From an uncultured Bacteroidales bacterium (lineage in GTDB: Bacteria > Bacteroidota > Bacteroidia > Bacteroidales > B18-G4): 64,000 nucleotides of DNA. Location: the NCBI GenBank assembly GCA_964531985.1, contig CAZHFC010000009.1, forward strand, positions 15,160 to 79,159, read 5' to 3'. Positions 62,149-64,000 of this stretch are shown here, in pieces; position 1 is the first letter of the stretch; each line of letters opens with the position of its first letter. Under the pieces are notes generated by a model. The model did not search any database. It was not told the DNA's origin and saw only the letters and a list, made by a program, of their open reading frames with translations. The position numbers and the translations under genes were made by a program.

Positions 62149-63072
62149 ATGAATAAGTTGTTGATCCCGGTTTTCCTGGTTTTCATTTCATCCGTAGTGG
62201 TTTTCCTTGTTTCATGTAAAAAGGATGATGATAATAAACTGCCCCCTTCCATTAGTTTGAAAGCAGGTCAGGAATACACCCCCGACGGCTCGGTGGTAAT
62301 GGTTGGACGCAGCCTGCATTTCGGTATTCAGGCAAGGGCTAACGGTGGAAATCTTACTAATCTAACCATTAACAAGCACCTTCCCGGAGGTGAGGTCATC
62401 CCCGTAATGGATACAGGCATGAATACGCAATACCTTGACATTAACAAAACTTTTTACCAGAACGTCGAGGATACCGCGCTTTGGGTATTCAGCATCATGG
62501 ACAGAAACCGGCTGACATCCCAGGAAAGTCTGACCATATACAGGGATCCCCAGTCGGTCTGGGGAGGGATCATCCACCATCCGGAAATCATAATGGGATA
62601 TCAGGAAAATGCAGAATTCGGTCAATTTCTCGATCCTTATTCGGGCAGGGTCTTTTTTGAGGATTCCGCCGCTTTTTTTCAGGAAAACTTGGAAATTCTG
62701 GTCTATTACATTGTTGATGAAGAACTGCCTTCTCCCGTATTCTCATCCCCGGGTGAAATGGATAATTTCAGCATCGAGGCCAAAACATTTTATCCTGGCA
62801 TTATCCAATGGCAAACGAGAAAGTATACCCTTTGGGATATCAGTGTAGATGATGATCCCGTATCGGAAGAGGCATTTGAAATGGCAAAAAACGACAGCCT
62901 GCTGATCGTATCCTACGATGAGATTTGGGGTAAGAAGAAATTCAAATGGGCAACGAACGGACGAGTGATACCCTTTCAGACACAGGCAGGAAAACGTGGT
63001 CTTATCAGGGTTGTTGATGCAGAATATGATGCCGGTGGGAAGATCGCGTTTGAATTAAAGATACAGATGTGA
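62149..63072 (+). CDS. Hypothetical lipoprotein
   Basis: Lipoprotein signal (VFLVFISSVVVFLVSC followed by KKDDD). I did not recognise a family. Confidence 0.55.
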   Translation: MNKLLIPVFLVFISSVVVFLVSCKKDDDNKLPPSISLKAGQEYTPDGSVVMVGRSLHFGIQARANGGNLTNLTINKHLPGGEVIPVMDTGMNTQYLDINKTFYQNVEDTALWVFSIMDRNRLTSQESLTIYRDPQSVWGGIIHHPEIIMGYQENAEFGQFLDPYSGRVFFEDSAAFFQENLEILVYYIVDEELPSPVFSSPGEMDNFSIEAKTFYPGIIQWQTRKYTLWDISVDDDPVSEEAFEMAKNDSLLIVSYDEIWGKKKFKWATNGRVIPFQTQAGKRGLIRVVDAEYDAGGKIAFELKIQM

Positions 63073-63164
63073 GTATCAACCTGGGGTGTTTGGTTACCCG
63101 GAACTTTTAAACGGAGAAATAGAAAAACGATAAAAATATATTATCAACCTAAAAACAAAAAACC

Positions 63165-64000
63165 ATGAAAAAATCATTACTCATTGCATTTTTTATGACG
63201 GTGTTGGTTTTTCCGGCATCGCTTTTGTCGCAGGACATCATTACCGGTTACACTTTCCCGACAGGGGATACTGCCACCGATATTTATCCGAACCTTGGAC
63301 TGGAAGGGAATTCAGGGTATTATATCTCGGCAGAAGATACCACAGCGCATCCAAATACCATTAAACGGTTCATTACCTTTACAGAAGGTGTTACGGATTT
63401 TGCAGCCACTGCCGAAGGCTGGGATGAAGGGATGGATGCCAAACTTTGGTCAATCAAGTTCAAGGCAGAGGGCTATGAGAACCTTACGGTGTCGTCAAAG
63501 CAATACTCTGATGCCATATTTCCCGGCCCAAGGGATTTCAGAATCCAGGCCAGGATGAGCGGACAGGATTGGGTTGACCTGGCAGGCGGGGCTGTTGTCG
63601 TGGCAGCTGACTGGAATACCGGTGTGGCTGAGGATATTGCCTTCCCTCCCGAATTCAATGATCCCGGCAGCACTTCCCTTTTTATACGCTGGATCATGAC
63701 CAGTAACAGCGATATCGACGGGAATGTGGTTCAGCCTTCGGGTATTTCAAAGATCGATGATGTGATCGTGCGGGGTTTCAGTACCAGTGGGGTGGAAGAA
63801 GTGCTCCACGACAGCAGGTTCTCTTTCTTTCCCAACCCTGTTACGCAGGGTTTGATCAACATCAGCAGCAGGAGCGATATTACGGGGGTCAGAATCTTTG
63901 ATATACAGGGAAAAACAGTTATGGATATCAAGGGAAACCCTGAGCGGATTGATGTTGGCGCACTAAAGCCGGGTACCTATTTTATTAGTCCGGTATTTGC
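63165..64000 (+). CDS. T9SS cargo protein, 3'-partial (runs off the right edge); absent from the ORF track
   Basis: My own translation from ATG 63165 gives MKKSLLIAFFMTVLVFPASLLSQDIITGYTFPTGD... It is open to nt 64000 with no stop. A CTD begins at FFPNPVTQGLINISS...GTYFISPVF. Confidence 0.75.
   Translation, partial: MKKSLLIAFFMTVLVFPASLLSQDIITGYTFPTGDTATDIYPNLGLEGNSGYYISAEDTTAHPNTIKRFITFTEGVTDFAATAEGWDEGMDAKLWSIKFKAEGYENLTVSSKQYSDAIFPGPRDFRIQARMSGQDWVDLAGGAVVVAADWNTGVAEDIAFPPEFNDPGSTSLFIRWIMTSNSDIDGNVVQPSGISKIDDVIVRGFSTSGVEEVLHDSRFSFFPNPVTQGLINISSRSDITGVRIFDIQGKTVMDIKGNPERIDVGALKPGTYFISPVF

Overview
This 64-kb window looks like chromosome from a Bacteroidota-type bacterium. The evidence is type-A T9SS C-terminal sorting domains (CTDs) on 13 ORFs, TAnnTTTG -7 promoter boxes, a nucleotidyltransferase-TPR-DUF4292-EnvC-like envelope operon and a GH3-family gene. 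No rRNA, tRNA, CRISPR array, transposase or integrase was seen.

Left flank (1-13.3 kb): a 5'-truncated T9SS cargo gene, a T9SS-sorted S8 subtilase, the envelope operon, three small secreted proteins, a LuxE-like acyl-protein synthetase and a PepSY membrane protein.

Centre (13.5-50.9 kb): ten consecutive minus-strand T9SS cargo genes fill 35.4 of 37.4 kb.
- Seven are gingipain-family (C25) cysteine-peptidase paralogues in three subfamilies. All keep a candidate His/Cys dyad.
- The other three are a BNR-propeller/GEVED protein, an Omp28/thioredoxin-like-PKD protein and an M14 carboxypeptidase.
- One small beta-barrel gene is embedded in the run.

These proteins are combinatorial mosaics of a few modules. 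The modules are CARDB-like doublets with a GNGNG-x3-DPGETA motif, a jelly-roll-like module (DWETGDF...CAWLD.I.FP), two Cys-containing modules that precede the CTD, tandem Ig-like repeats, and an unassigned ~200-aa alpha/beta module. That last module is shared by two C25 proteins, the M14 enzyme and the truncated left-edge ORF.

Right flank (51-64 kb): two outer-membrane beta-barrel candidates, M48 and M20 peptidases, a GH3-family enzyme, a serine hydrolase, a B12-binding radical SAM protein, an SLC13/TrkA-C transporter, a lipoprotein and a 3'-truncated T9SS cargo ORF that the ORF track omits.

Limits: all family calls come from motif recognition in the translated ORFs, and no searches were run. 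Sub-gene coordinates come from my residue counts. Hairpin and motif coordinates may be off by 1-2 nt.
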